From positions 448,001-512,000 of the forward strand of contig CAXXVS010000002.1 in assembly GCA_963674755.2 (NCBI GenBank): a stretch of 64,000 nucleotides of DNA, written 5' to 3'. Every line of letters starts with the position of its first letter. Positions within the stretch are counted from its first letter, which is position 1. The position numbers were made by a program, and so were the translations under genes. This DNA comes from Desulfobacterales bacterium (GTDB lineage Bacteria; Desulfobacterota; Desulfobacteria; Desulfobacterales; UBA5852). Below, in pieces: positions 22,327 to 32,157 of the stretch. The notes beneath the pieces were generated by a model that had not been told where the DNA came from, did no database searches, and saw nothing but the letters and a program-made list of their open reading frames with translations.

Positions 22327-23132
22327 CTATATGATTTCGAGGCCGGCGGGTGCGGCAGAAGCGATCGGAGGTGCTTAACGGGATTGTCCGCCCGTACCAG
22401 GCTTTCGCCGATCAGGAAGTTGAACACCCCGTGGGCCAGATTGATCCGGATGTCTTCCGGACTTGCGATACCGCTGGCGGCTACGGGGATCTGCCCTGGC
22501 CCCAAACGCCGGGCCATGGCCATGGCGTTGCCAATATCCGTATCAAAGGTCGCCAGGTTGCGGTTGTTGATCCCGATCAGGCGGGCACCGCAGGCCCGGG
22601 CCATTGCCAGATCGTCTTCCGTATGGATTTCCACCAAAGCATCCATGCCCAGCGAGCGGCTTAGAGCGATGAGGTGTTCGAGCTGCCGGGGGGATAGGAT
22701 GCGGCAGATGAGCAGGACCGCATCGGCTCCCAGGGCGCGGGATTCGTAAATCTGGTAGTCGTCGATGAGAAAATCCTTGCGCAGGACGGGCAGTTGGACG
22801 GCCTGGCGGGCGGCCAGGAGGTCTTCCGGGCTGCCCTGGAAAAAATCCCGGTCGGTCAGCACGGAAAGGGCCGCCGCCCCTCCGGCGGCATACTCCCGGG
22901 CCAACTGCGCCGGATCCAGGTCGAGCCGCAGGGGGCCCTTGGAGGGCGAAGCCCGTTTGATTTCGGCAATGATATTCGCGCCGTGAGGCCCGGGCGTTTT
23001 GAGGGCATCATAAAAAGAGCGCCGATCCCCGCGGCGGACGTTCTCTTCACGCAGACGTTCCAGCGGAATTTGACGACGGGCCGCTTCGACTTCCTCTTTT
23101 TTCCGCGCCACGATGCGGGTCAGTATATCCAC
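22323..23132 (-). CDS. trpC: Indole-3-glycerol phosphate synthase
   Basis: IAEIKRASPSKG, LRKDF, GINNRNL. Confidence 0.96.
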   Translation of the reverse strand: MDILTRIVARKKEEVEAARRQIPLERLREENVRRGDRRSFYDALKTPGPHGANIIAEIKRASPSKGPLRLDLDPAQLAREYAAGGAAALSVLTDRDFFQGSPEDLLAARQAVQLPVLRKDFLIDDYQIYESRALGADAVLLICRILSPRQLEHLIALSRSLGMDALVEIHTEDDLAMARACGARLIGINNRNLATFDTDIGNAMAMARRLGPGQIPVAASGIASPEDIRINLAHGVFNFLIGESLVRADNPVKHLRSLLPHPPASKSYR

Positions 23133-23194
23133 GTTCGATCCTTTCGCTCCCGAAGGTCATCCATCGGCTGATTCCTTCAGGCCGTGGCTGTCGT

Positions 23195-24214
23195 TCAAGA
23201 GGCATGCTCCTGGGTAAAGGCCGCCAGCGCCGCCAGCTTTTCACGGGCCGCCCCGCTGTCAATGGCCTCTTTAGCCAAGTTGATACCCTCGGCGAAATCC
23301 TCACACTTGCCGGCGGCCGTCAGGGCCGCAGCCGTATTGAGCAAGACCACATCTCGGCGGGGTCCGGGCTCGCCGTCTAAAATCCGGCGGGTGATATCCG
23401 CATTGGTGGCCGGATCCCCCCCCAACAGCGCCCCGGGTTCGGCCAGGGCGTCAAAATAGTCCTCCGGGTTGAGATTGAAGGTCCGGACCTGACCGTTCTG
23501 CAGCTCGGATACCCGTGTGGGGGCACAGACCGAAATTTCATCCAGCCCGTCGTGGCCGTGAACGACATAGGCCCGCCGAGATCCCAGCAAACGCAACGCC
23601 TGGGCGAACATCTCTGTCAATTCCGGTGCGTAGACCCCGATGACCTGGCAGTTGGCCCCCGCCGGGTTGGTCAGGGGCCCCAGCATATTAAAGATACTGC
23701 GCAGCCCCAGTTCTTTGCGCGCCGGTGCCGCAAAGCGCATGGCACTGTGATAGAGGGGGGCAAAAAGAAAGCCGATGCCGATATCGTCCACGGCCTCTTC
23801 CACCAGTTCCGGATCGACATCCAGCCGCACGCCGAGTGCTTCCAGTACATCGGCACTGCCGCATTTGCTCGAAACCGAACGGTTGCCGTGTTTGGCGACC
23901 GTGATGCCGCAGCCGGCAACGACAAAAGCGGAGGTCGTCGATATATTGAAGGTGTTGGCACAATCGCCTCCTGTACCAACGGTGTCGACGATGGTGCCGG
24001 AGGATACCTGGATGCGGTGAGCCTTGCGGCGCATGGCGCGGGCCGCTCCCACCAGCTCCTCATTGGTCTCGCCTTTTGTGGCTAAAGCCGCCATGAGGGC
24101 CCCGATCTGGGTGTCGGTCAGATTGCCCGAAAAGAGCTCGGTCATCACTTCGGCCATTTGGCCTTCATCCAGACTGGTGCCTTCCACGATGCGTTTGAGA
24201 TGGTCACGAAACAT
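23195..24214 (-). CDS. trpD: Anthranilate phosphoribosyltransferase
   Basis: DTVGTGGD, KHGNRSVSSKCGSAD, FNMLGPLTNP, GLDE. Confidence 0.97.
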   Translation of the reverse strand: MFRDHLKRIVEGTSLDEGQMAEVMTELFSGNLTDTQIGALMAALATKGETNEELVGAARAMRRKAHRIQVSSGTIVDTVGTGGDCANTFNISTTSAFVVAGCGITVAKHGNRSVSSKCGSADVLEALGVRLDVDPELVEEAVDDIGIGFLFAPLYHSAMRFAAPARKELGLRSIFNMLGPLTNPAGANCQVIGVYAPELTEMFAQALRLLGSRRAYVVHGHDGLDEISVCAPTRVSELQNGQVRTFNLNPEDYFDALAEPGALLGGDPATNADITRRILDGEPGPRRDVVLLNTAAALTAAGKCEDFAEGINLAKEAIDSGAAREKLAALAAFTQEHAS

Positions 24215-24227
24215 CTTGCTATCCCTC

Positions 24228-24815
24228 CTATGGCGATAAATGGTCGGGGCCGGCATTGCGCAGAAAATTCCTGAGCAAACGCTTGCCGACGGTGGTCATG
24301 ATGGATTCGGGGTGGAATTGGAGCCCCTCGGTGTTGTGCACCCGGTGCCGGATGCCCATGATTTCGCCGTCCTCGGCTTCGGCCGTAACCAGCAGGCACT
24401 CCGGCAGGGTTTCCCGTTCCACCGCCAGAGAATGATAGCGCATGGCCTTGAAGGGGCTTTTGACGCCGTTGAAGACGGATTTTCCGTCGGCGGTTACGCT
24501 GGATGTCTTGCCATGCATCAACTGCCGGGCGCCGATGATGCGCCCCCCGAAGGCAGCGGCGATGGCCTGATGGCCGAGGCATATTCCCAGAATGGGGATA
24601 CGGCCGGAAAAGGTGCGGATGACATCCATGGAAATGCCGGCCTCCTGGGGAGCTCCGGGGCCGGGTGATACCACGATGGCCTCCGGTGCCATGGCTTCGA
24701 TGGCCTCTATGGTCAGGGCATTGTTGCGGGCCACCTCGACCTCGGCCCCGAGCTGCCTCAGGTACTGGACCAGATTATAGGTGAACGAGTCGAAGTTATC
24801 GATCATCAGGATCAT
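24228..24815 (-). CDS. trpG: Anthranilate synthase component II
   Basis: DNFDSFTYNL, SPGPG, GICLGHQ, QFHPES. Confidence 0.96.
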   Translation of the reverse strand: MILMIDNFDSFTYNLVQYLRQLGAEVEVARNNALTIEAIEAMAPEAIVVSPGPGAPQEAGISMDVIRTFSGRIPILGICLGHQAIAAAFGGRIIGARQLMHGKTSSVTADGKSVFNGVKSPFKAMRYHSLAVERETLPECLLVTAEAEDGEIMGIRHRVHNTEGLQFHPESIMTTVGKRLLRNFLRNAGPDHLSP

Positions 24816-24817
24816 GA

Positions 24818-26314
24818 TCAGGCTCCCTTCCGGGCCGATGGCCGCAGCATTTTCAGGGCACGGTCCATGGCTTTGGCCTTGTTGACCGTTTCCAGACGTT
24901 CGCTTTCCGGATCGGAATCGGCCACGATACCGGCCCCGGCCCGCACCGTCAGACGGTTGTCTTCAATACAGGCCGTGCGGATGGTGATGGCCATATCCAT
25001 GTTGCCGTTGAAGGAGATATACCCCACCGCCCCGCCATAGGGACCGCGGGGCTCGCGCTCCAGGGCGGCAATGATTTCCATGGCGCGGATTTTCGGTGCG
25101 CCGCTCAAGGTGCCCGCCGGGAAGGTGGCGGCCAGCAGGTCGAACGCATCGCAGCCGGCCAGCAGGTCGCAGGTGATATTCGATACGAGGTGCATGACAT
25201 GGGAATAGCGTTCCACCACCATGAGATCCGTCACCTGGACGGTGCCGGTTTCAGCCACGCGGCCCAGGTCGTTGCGACCCAGGTCCACCAGCATTAAATG
25301 CTCGGCCTTCTCCTTTTCGTCTTCCAGCAGTTCACTGGCCAGTTGGCGGTCCGCTCGGTCGTCGCGCCCCCGGGGACGCGTGCCGGCGATGGGGCGCAGG
25401 GTGGCGGACCCGTTTTCCAGCCGGACCATGGTTTCGGGCGAAGATCCCACCAGGGCCAGTCCGTCCAGATTCAGGTAGAACAAATAAGGTGAGGGGTTGA
25501 TATAGCGTTGGGCGCGGTAGAGCGACCAGGGATCGGGGGGGGCATCACAGATGAAAGGTTGCGATATGACGGCCTGAATGATGTCGCCGGCGCGGATGTG
25601 CTGTTTGACCGTTTGGACGGCTTCGCGGAAATCATTATCGGGGTGGACGGCACGCAGCGCATCGGGTTCGCTGGCCGCGCTATTTTCCGGCAAGGGAGGC
25701 AGGGGATCGGCCAGATATTTCAGTTGCTGCTCCAGACGACCGCGGGCCGCATCATAGGCGGCCGCCGGGGTCAGGCCGTCCGCGGTAAAGGTCAGATCCA
25801 CCAGGGTGAGGGTATGGCTGACGTTGTCAAAAATCAGGAGCTGGTCGGGGATGACAAAATGGGCCAAGGGTTTCTCAGCGGGCCATTGATGGGGGATGGC
25901 TTCCAAAAAACTGACGGTTTCGTAGGTCATGTAGCCGACCATGCCGCCCCAGAAGCGGGGCAGGGCAGGGATATCGGCCGGACGGTAGGTCGCCAGGATC
26001 TTCTTCAGCACCTGCAGTGGAGCCCCGCCATGGGGTATCCGTTCTTCGTGTTCCTGCCCGCTGACCGTTACCGCATCGCCAAAAACACGGATATGGCTGC
26101 GGGCCGAGGTTCCCATGAAACTGTAACGCCCCCAGCGCTCGCCGCCCTCGACACTTTCGAACAAAAACAGATCGGCATTCTGTCGATAGAATTTGCCCAA
26201 CAAGGACACCGGTGTCTCGGTATCGGCCAGAATTTCCAGGCAAATCGGCACCACATCGGCTTGTTGGTAGGCCGCGCAAAAGGTCGCGCGGTCGGGAAAG
26301 CAATTCAATAACAT
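24818..26314 (-). CDS. trpE: Anthranilate synthase component I
   Basis: NPSPY, GSSPE, PIAGTR, AEHLMLVDLGRND, FPAGTLSGAPK. Confidence 0.96.
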   Translation of the reverse strand: MLLNCFPDRATFCAAYQQADVVPICLEILADTETPVSLLGKFYRQNADLFLFESVEGGERWGRYSFMGTSARSHIRVFGDAVTVSGQEHEERIPHGGAPLQVLKKILATYRPADIPALPRFWGGMVGYMTYETVSFLEAIPHQWPAEKPLAHFVIPDQLLIFDNVSHTLTLVDLTFTADGLTPAAAYDAARGRLEQQLKYLADPLPPLPENSAASEPDALRAVHPDNDFREAVQTVKQHIRAGDIIQAVISQPFICDAPPDPWSLYRAQRYINPSPYLFYLNLDGLALVGSSPETMVRLENGSATLRPIAGTRPRGRDDRADRQLASELLEDEKEKAEHLMLVDLGRNDLGRVAETGTVQVTDLMVVERYSHVMHLVSNITCDLLAGCDAFDLLAATFPAGTLSGAPKIRAMEIIAALEREPRGPYGGAVGYISFNGNMDMAITIRTACIEDNRLTVRAGAGIVADSDPESERLETVNKAKAMDRALKMLRPSARKGA

Positions 26315-26386
26315 TGCGAAAACCTTCCATCTTATCCGGGGCGTCCGCCGCGCCTCCAAGGATCGTTGCGGGTTTATGCGCTCTCT

Positions 26387-26426
26387 AAAAATAGAGAGGC
26401 CGTGGGGTTGGCTGCACCACGGCCTC
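26387..26426 (-). terminator. trp attenuator terminator hairpin (3:4)
   Basis: GAGGCCGTGG/CCACGGCCTC 10-bp stem followed by TCTATTTTT on the minus strand. Confidence 0.85.
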
Positions 26427-26514
26427 AAAATACGAAACCGCAGGCTTTGAGGCGGCCCACGGTTTGCGCTGATCTTATGTCTGGTCGAAAGGATGCGTCA
26501 ACCGGCGGTACGCC

Positions 26515-26583
26515 TCAGGGCATATGCCACCAGCACCACCACCAGCGGTATTCGATGCAATGATGTCCGGTTGAACGTTTCAT
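26515..26583 (-). CDS. trpL: trp operon leader peptide, 22 aa
   Basis: MKRSTGHHCIEYRWWWCWWHMP*: five Trp codons, upstream of the hairpins and trpE. Confidence 0.92.
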   Translation of the reverse strand: MKRSTGHHCIEYRWWWCWWHMP

Positions 26584-26735
26584 CCGTAATTGTACCTTTT
26601 GGCGAGATGCCATTGAAATGAGAAATCATTGTCACGGATCGCAGGGCTTGTCAAGAGTCTATCGACGCGCCCTCCTGCTGGAGCGCGGCAGAACACGCCA
26701 CCGAATCCGAATATGACGCTGATCGGCGGGTCATC

Positions 26736-29090
26736 TTACTGGCCGGTAAACTCAAAGCCCATTTTGGTCTGAAAATCTTCCACGCGTTTGAAAATTTCCT
26801 TGAGCATGGTCTGCTCGATACGGGAGAGTTTCTTGGGGTTGATATAGTTGTCGGGCTTGCGGTTCTCTTCAATAATGGCCGTGATCTGGCGGACGAAACG
26901 CATTTGCATCATAAAGCTGTAGGAACGGGAGATGTCATTGTAATCCTTGGAAGGCAGGTGGCCCTTTTCGTGCAGCTGATAGAGCCGGTCCATGGTGTTG
27001 GTTTCTTCGATAGAATTTTTTAGGGCGTGGATACGGGCAAAATCCACCACGGGCTGCATGGCCTGTTTGATGTCGAAGGCGTCGCGGTGTTCGCCTTTGG
27101 ATTCCACCACGAAGTTGCGGAAGAAGCCCAGGGGAGGCTTGAAATGCAGGGCATTTTCCGTCATGTGCCGGAAAAAACCCGACCAACCCGTGAGGGATTC
27201 GAACAGGTGGCGGCGCAGGTGGTCGATCATTGTGAAATCACCATAGGCGCCTCGAAAATCGAAAAAGATGCTGGCGTGCAGCAAATCCTCGGCCTCGGCC
27301 GTGTGAATCCATTCCGAGAATTTAGTGCACCAGGCCGACAGCGGCTGGCACCAACTCGGGTTCATCGCCATGACGCCGCCTTCACAGAAGGCATATCCGA
27401 TCTCGTCCAGCCAGGTGCAGACAGTCTCGCCGAAGTTCAGGAAATAGGCCTTGGTGGACGGCAATTGATCTTCCGGAACGTCCTGGAAGATAATGGCATT
27501 GTCCTGGTCGGTTTTGAGGGTTTGCTCCCGCCGGCCCTCACTGCCCATGATCATGAAGACGAAAGGCACCGGCGGCGGTCCGTTTTGTTCGAGGGCGATT
27601 TCGATCAGACGATGAAGAATGGCGTCGGAGACCGTCGAGATCAAGCGGGTGACGTTTTCCGCCCGGGCACCACTGCTGATCAGATTATGGACCAGTCCGG
27701 GAATGCGGTCCTGCTGGGCCTTGAGCTCCTCACGGGAAAGGGCCGAAGCAATTTCCCGCACGATAAAAAGCGGGGACTGGCCCTGGGCCGCGAGCAGGTC
27801 GCGGCTGGTGATGGAACCGACGACCTGTCCCTTGCCATTCTGGACAGCGAGATGCTTGAGTTTTTTCTGCATCATCACGAGCATGGCTTCGAATACCGAC
27901 AATTGCTCCGGGATCATCCCCAAGGGCGAGGACATGATAGCGGAAATGGGAATGTTCGTTTCCAGCCCCTGGACGATGACGCGATTGCGCAGGTCGGTAT
28001 CCGTCACGATGCCGATATGATGGTCCTCGTCGTCCTGAACAAAGATGGAGCTGCACTTGCGTCGGCTCATCAGGGTTGCGGCCTGCTGGACCGGTACGCT
28101 GTGATTGCAGGAGAGAATGTCGCGGTTCATCAGTTGGGCGACCGAGACGTTGAAAATATGGACGGTTTCGTCCTTGGGAAGGATGCGCCGGGCGAAGATC
28201 TCAGCATAGGAGCGGTCCAGCATGCGTTTGCCGAAAGTGTCGGTGAAATATTCGGTAAAGGAGGGGCAGCGTTTGCAGAGACGCAGGAAATGCTTTTCAG
28301 GCAGGGCATAGAGATAGGCTTCCTCTTCGACGCGCAGGGTACGAACGGAAATGCCGTTGTTGAGCAGCATGGAAATACCGCCGTAACAATCGCCTTCACC
28401 CAGGTAGCCCTTGAGACTCTTTTTCCCGGTTTGTTCGTAGTAGAGCTCCGCCGCGCCCTTATGGACAATGTAAAGGTAGTCCACCCGCGATTGGCCCTGC
28501 ACGAACAGCAGGGTTCCCGGGTTATGGTGGATCAGGGACAGGTGGGCGATCATGTCATCCAGATCGGTATCGGACAGGAATGAAAAGGGTACGACGCGGC
28601 TGAGAAAATCCCGGGCCTGGCCGGTCACCAGAATCGAGGAATAGGATTCGTTCTGGCGGCGTTGCCGAAAGGCCTGGGTGAAATAGTCCCGGAATGGCGG
28701 GTGACCCTCGCACATGGTCAGAAACCGCTCGGCCGGTATGGCATAGAAGATGGCATCGTCTTCCACTTTGGCCGTGCGTACTGCCACGCCGGCATTCATC
28801 AGAACCGATATCCCGCCGAACGTCTCGCCGGCCACCATGCGGGCCCCCAGGGTTTTCGCCCCTTCCTGTTCATAGTAAAGTTCGATGGCGCCTTTACGAA
28901 TGTAGAAGATTTTACCAATCGCGGTTTTGGCCTGCTCCGCCACGAGCTGGCCACGTTTTGCTTTAATTTCAGTGGTCCATTCGGCCAGCTCTTCGATTGT
29001 TTCTGACGGTAGGCGCCTAAAAGGCTCTGCCGTGGAATAGACAGCTAGTGCGTCTTTAAAAAGACTACTTCTGGTCGTTTTTTTGGGCAT
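26736..29090 (-). CDS. DUF294 nucleotidyltransferase-like protein (2x cNMP-binding, CBS pair, GlnD-like NTase)
   Basis: Two cNMP repeats (GETFGG / GDCYGG), CBS (GIVTDTDLR), GSEGRREQTLKTDQDN. Confidence 0.92.
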   Translation of the reverse strand: MPKKTTRSSLFKDALAVYSTAEPFRRLPSETIEELAEWTTEIKAKRGQLVAEQAKTAIGKIFYIRKGAIELYYEQEGAKTLGARMVAGETFGGISVLMNAGVAVRTAKVEDDAIFYAIPAERFLTMCEGHPPFRDYFTQAFRQRRQNESYSSILVTGQARDFLSRVVPFSFLSDTDLDDMIAHLSLIHHNPGTLLFVQGQSRVDYLYIVHKGAAELYYEQTGKKSLKGYLGEGDCYGGISMLLNNGISVRTLRVEEEAYLYALPEKHFLRLCKRCPSFTEYFTDTFGKRMLDRSYAEIFARRILPKDETVHIFNVSVAQLMNRDILSCNHSVPVQQAATLMSRRKCSSIFVQDDEDHHIGIVTDTDLRNRVIVQGLETNIPISAIMSSPLGMIPEQLSVFEAMLVMMQKKLKHLAVQNGKGQVVGSITSRDLLAAQGQSPLFIVREIASALSREELKAQQDRIPGLVHNLISSGARAENVTRLISTVSDAILHRLIEIALEQNGPPPVPFVFMIMGSEGRREQTLKTDQDNAIIFQDVPEDQLPSTKAYFLNFGETVCTWLDEIGYAFCEGGVMAMNPSWCQPLSAWCTKFSEWIHTAEAEDLLHASIFFDFRGAYGDFTMIDHLRRHLFESLTGWSGFFRHMTENALHFKPPLGFFRNFVVESKGEHRDAFDIKQAMQPVVDFARIHALKNSIEETNTMDRLYQLHEKGHLPSKDYNDISRSYSFMMQMRFVRQITAIIEENRKPDNYINPKKLSRIEQTMLKEIFKRVEDFQTKMGFEFTGQ

Positions 29091-29132
29091 GCCATCACTC
29101 CATTGTTAGCGATCCCTGTCTCGGGAGATTTC

Positions 29133-31316
29133 TCAATAACGGAGACGGGCGAAATAGGTTTTTTCCGAAGCCGCACGTGCTTGCTGAAGCGTGTAAATGC
29201 CCTTTTTGGCCAACAGAGGAATTAATTTCAGGAACATATTAGCGGTTGCCAGTGCGTCGCCCATCGCTGTGTGGCGTCCCGTAACGTCGATTCCCAATCG
29301 CTGGGCAATGGTCATGAGGTTGTGGTTTTCCTGGGCCGGATGAACCACGTGCGACAGCAGCATCGTGTCCAGCACCGGATTGATAAACCGAATCCCGGTT
29401 TCGGCTTCCTTGATCTGCAGCATCCGCATGTCAAAGGCGGCATTGTGGGCGACCAGGATCGTGCCTTCGGCAAACTGATGGAAGCGTGGCAGAACGTCGC
29501 GGATGACAGGTTGCTCGCGAAGATCCTTTTCCTGGATACCATGAATTTGGATCGATTCCCAGCGCAAGGGCCGCATGGGGTTGACCAGCTGGTCGAAGCG
29601 GTCGTCGGCCACCAGACGGTTGTTGACGATGCGGACGGCCCCGATGGAGATAATCTCATCCCCACCCCGGGGGTCGAGTCCGGTCGTTTCGGTGTCGAAA
29701 ACGGTATAGGTCAATTCCGTCAGCCGACGGTTGTCGACGGAGGGATCCTGACCGGGCTGATTGAAAAGATCGAAATCATAGAACTCCGGCCGGCTGTCCG
29801 GGATGATCGTAGGTTGGCGCGGCAGCTCGCAGGCGGTCTGGGGCACGGCCGGCAGGATCAGTCGCAATCCCGACCAACCACGTGACGGTTTGCTGTAGGG
29901 CCAAATTTCGGCATCATGGAGCCGGATGACTTCTCCCAGGGTCAGCGGCAGCCCCTGATCGGGCAGACTTAAGACATTGTCTTCCCAGGTGCGGACCGTG
30001 TCCATGCGAATCGGCCTTCCCTTCCAGCGAAGATCGAAATAGATCAATCCGTCGGTTTTACGAACCCGGCACGCAAATTCGCGCACATCGACTTCACTGC
30101 TGAGCCGCTGTAGCAGAAACAGTACGGCCAGGGAGAATGAGTAGTTATCCGTTCCCAGCTGAAGGTCTTCTTCATAGGTTTCGGGACGAAATTTAATCTG
30201 CAGCAAATGATTGGCCTTGACCGCAATTTTTTCCAGCATGGTAGACGCGCGTGTTTCGATCAGGGGCCATTGGGAATGCGGCCGTTGAAGATGCTTCGAA
30301 GAATGCTGCCCGAGAATGTTGCCGATGCGAAGGGATTCCTGGTAGATGATGCGGATAAATTCACGGCTTCTCTCAAGAGGCATCTCCGGAAATTCCATCA
30401 TCGTTTCAACGGCAGCACGCACACCAGCCAGGGGGGTCCGTATGCCGCCACTCAATGATTGCAGGAGGAGATGGGTCTGATTGTCCGATTCAATCTGCGA
30501 TGTTATGTCGGAAAAGATCAGGATGAAACCGGTGAAGAGGCGCTGATAACTGAGGACCGGAACCATCTCGCTTCGCAGGTGGCGACCCTCGTTGCCGACG
30601 ACGACAAAGTAGGAAGCCACCGTGGCCTCGTCACTGGCGAGCTTTTCGGTGATTTCAGCAAGCGCTTCGGAGACGAGATGGCGGTCGATGATTTCGAAAA
30701 TGGACCGGCCCAGTCCGAAGAACGGGTGTGCGGGGGGGGGCGGGTCGGCGGCGGTCAGCGCCTCTTCACCATGGTCTTCCCTCCTGGGGCTGAAGAAGTT
30801 GCGGGCCTGTCGGTTGAAGAAGAGGATCTGCCCGTCGCGGTTGCATATCAGAACCCCTTCCGGAAGTTCAGACATGATGACGGCCAGAATGTTTTTTTCT
30901 TTTTCAACCTCGGATTTGGCTTCCAGCACGCGGCTCGTGACAGCATTTTCCAGCTGTTGGTAGTGCTCGGCGTTTTCATTGATGGTATCAATCACGCGGT
31001 TGACCACCTTGCTGCCCTCGCGTTTGATCCGGTGGCCGGCGTTGACGGTGTGGATCAGCTCGATTTCTTCGGGGAGCCGGTTGAGGGGCAGAATATAACT
31101 GTGGAAGATGCCGTCCAGAGCGAATCCAATGGCGGCAATGAAAAGGATTATGGCAACAAAAATGTAGATGAAGTGGGTTTTGACAATGTCCATCAGCATG
31201 ACCTGTTGATCCGGAAGCAGTTGCTGCCAGAAAAACAGCGCCATACCGACGAAGATCAGCATGGTGATGATAATCGACACCCCGGCGAACCACCAGAATT
31301 TATTCGTCGGATCCAT
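29133..31316 (-). CDS. Membrane sensor-like protein (TM, PAS, degenerate HisKA) fused to a DnaQ/DEDDh 3'-5' exonuclease
   Basis: Two N-terminal TM helices; PAS (LPEGVLICNRDGQILFFN); HisKA-like LSGGIRTPL; Exo motifs DTETTG, HNAAFD, HTAMGDA. Confidence 0.85.
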   Translation of the reverse strand: MDPTNKFWWFAGVSIIITMLIFVGMALFFWQQLLPDQQVMLMDIVKTHFIYIFVAIILFIAAIGFALDGIFHSYILPLNRLPEEIELIHTVNAGHRIKREGSKVVNRVIDTINENAEHYQQLENAVTSRVLEAKSEVEKEKNILAVIMSELPEGVLICNRDGQILFFNRQARNFFSPRREDHGEEALTAADPPPPAHPFFGLGRSIFEIIDRHLVSEALAEITEKLASDEATVASYFVVVGNEGRHLRSEMVPVLSYQRLFTGFILIFSDITSQIESDNQTHLLLQSLSGGIRTPLAGVRAAVETMMEFPEMPLERSREFIRIIYQESLRIGNILGQHSSKHLQRPHSQWPLIETRASTMLEKIAVKANHLLQIKFRPETYEEDLQLGTDNYSFSLAVLFLLQRLSSEVDVREFACRVRKTDGLIYFDLRWKGRPIRMDTVRTWEDNVLSLPDQGLPLTLGEVIRLHDAEIWPYSKPSRGWSGLRLILPAVPQTACELPRQPTIIPDSRPEFYDFDLFNQPGQDPSVDNRRLTELTYTVFDTETTGLDPRGGDEIISIGAVRIVNNRLVADDRFDQLVNPMRPLRWESIQIHGIQEKDLREQPVIRDVLPRFHQFAEGTILVAHNAAFDMRMLQIKEAETGIRFINPVLDTMLLSHVVHPAQENHNLMTIAQRLGIDVTGRHTAMGDALATANMFLKLIPLLAKKGIYTLQQARAASEKTYFARLRY

Positions 31317-31719
31317 CAGCCAGTTCCAGCAGCTTTCTTACGTTGTCCATGATTTCAGAATTGGAAAAGGGCTTGGTGATGTAACCATCGGCGCCGGAGG
31401 CGATTCCCTTGGCCACGTCGATGTCGCGGGTCATGGCTGAAACGAACAGGATGCGTGTGCCTGCCAACTGAGGGGTCTCGCGTACCATTTGGCAAATTTC
31501 GAAGCCGTCCGGATCAGCAATCATGGCTTCCAGCAGGACTAGGTCCGGATTGTAATCCACAATGAACTGAAGGGCGGCTTCACCGCTACTAGCAGTCCGA
31601 ACCTCGTAACCGCTCTGTTCCAGGAGATATTTGAGGGGAATCGTGGTACCCGGCTCGTGGTCCGCTATGAGAATGCGGCCTCGCGGGCGGGATGTTGGGT
31701 CGGGTAGATCCGCGGCCAT
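31300..31719 (-). CDS. Single-domain response regulator (atypical receiver)
   Basis: REC fold ILIADHE...PDLVLLEAM...GADGYITKPF. Confidence 0.88.
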   Translation of the reverse strand: MAADLPDPTSRPRGRILIADHEPGTTIPLKYLLEQSGYEVRTASSGEAALQFIVDYNPDLVLLEAMIADPDGFEICQMVRETPQLAGTRILFVSAMTRDIDVAKGIASGADGYITKPFSNSEIMDNVRKLLELADGSDE

Positions 31720-32009
31720 AAGAAACCCCGTATGAGATTGACCCATATTGGGAATAATCCTGCCGGAGGGGACTCCTTACAACGTTCACCAGGCGATTTA
31801 TTGCGATCCGGCAGTCTAAGCGCCGACAGCATGGCGGTTCATGCGCCGGCGCTTAAGATTGCCTGGTGTGCTGTTGCAGCGGACCTTTTTATTGATCGGC
31901 AGGCCCGGCCGACGATGATTGCGGGACGCCCCCCCCGCATTGCCTGCCCGAAGGGTAGGGATTCGGTCAGGCAACACGGAGAGGTCATCCCGTTCGGCAC
32001 AGGTTCGGA

Positions 32010-32096
32010 TTATCCGAAAACCCCCATGCCAAACAATGAGACCCATATGATGGAAAACCCTACCAGAACGATCATCCATACGTCTTCTTTTTTCAT
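32010..32096 (-). CDS. Small single-TM peptide, 28 aa (not in ORF track)
   Basis: AAGGAG 8 nt before ATG; MKKEDVWMIVLVGFSIIWVSLFGMGVFG*. Confidence 0.7.
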   Translation of the reverse strand: MKKEDVWMIVLVGFSIIWVSLFGMGVFG

Positions 32097-32157
32097 GGTA
32101 CATTCTCCTTCAAAAAAGCTTGGCTTCATGAGTGGAATAAGTCCGCGGATCCCAATA

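Noticed and set aside
29133..29720. DnaQ domain as the replicative polymerase III epsilon subunit
   Set aside because: It is fused to a membrane sensor in the acs/DUF294 context, so it is not the proofreading subunit.
31816..32103. 95-aa minus-strand ORF in the track
   Set aside because: Its ATG is too close to the SD and the product is implausible; the 28-aa TM peptide in another frame fits the RBS spacing better.
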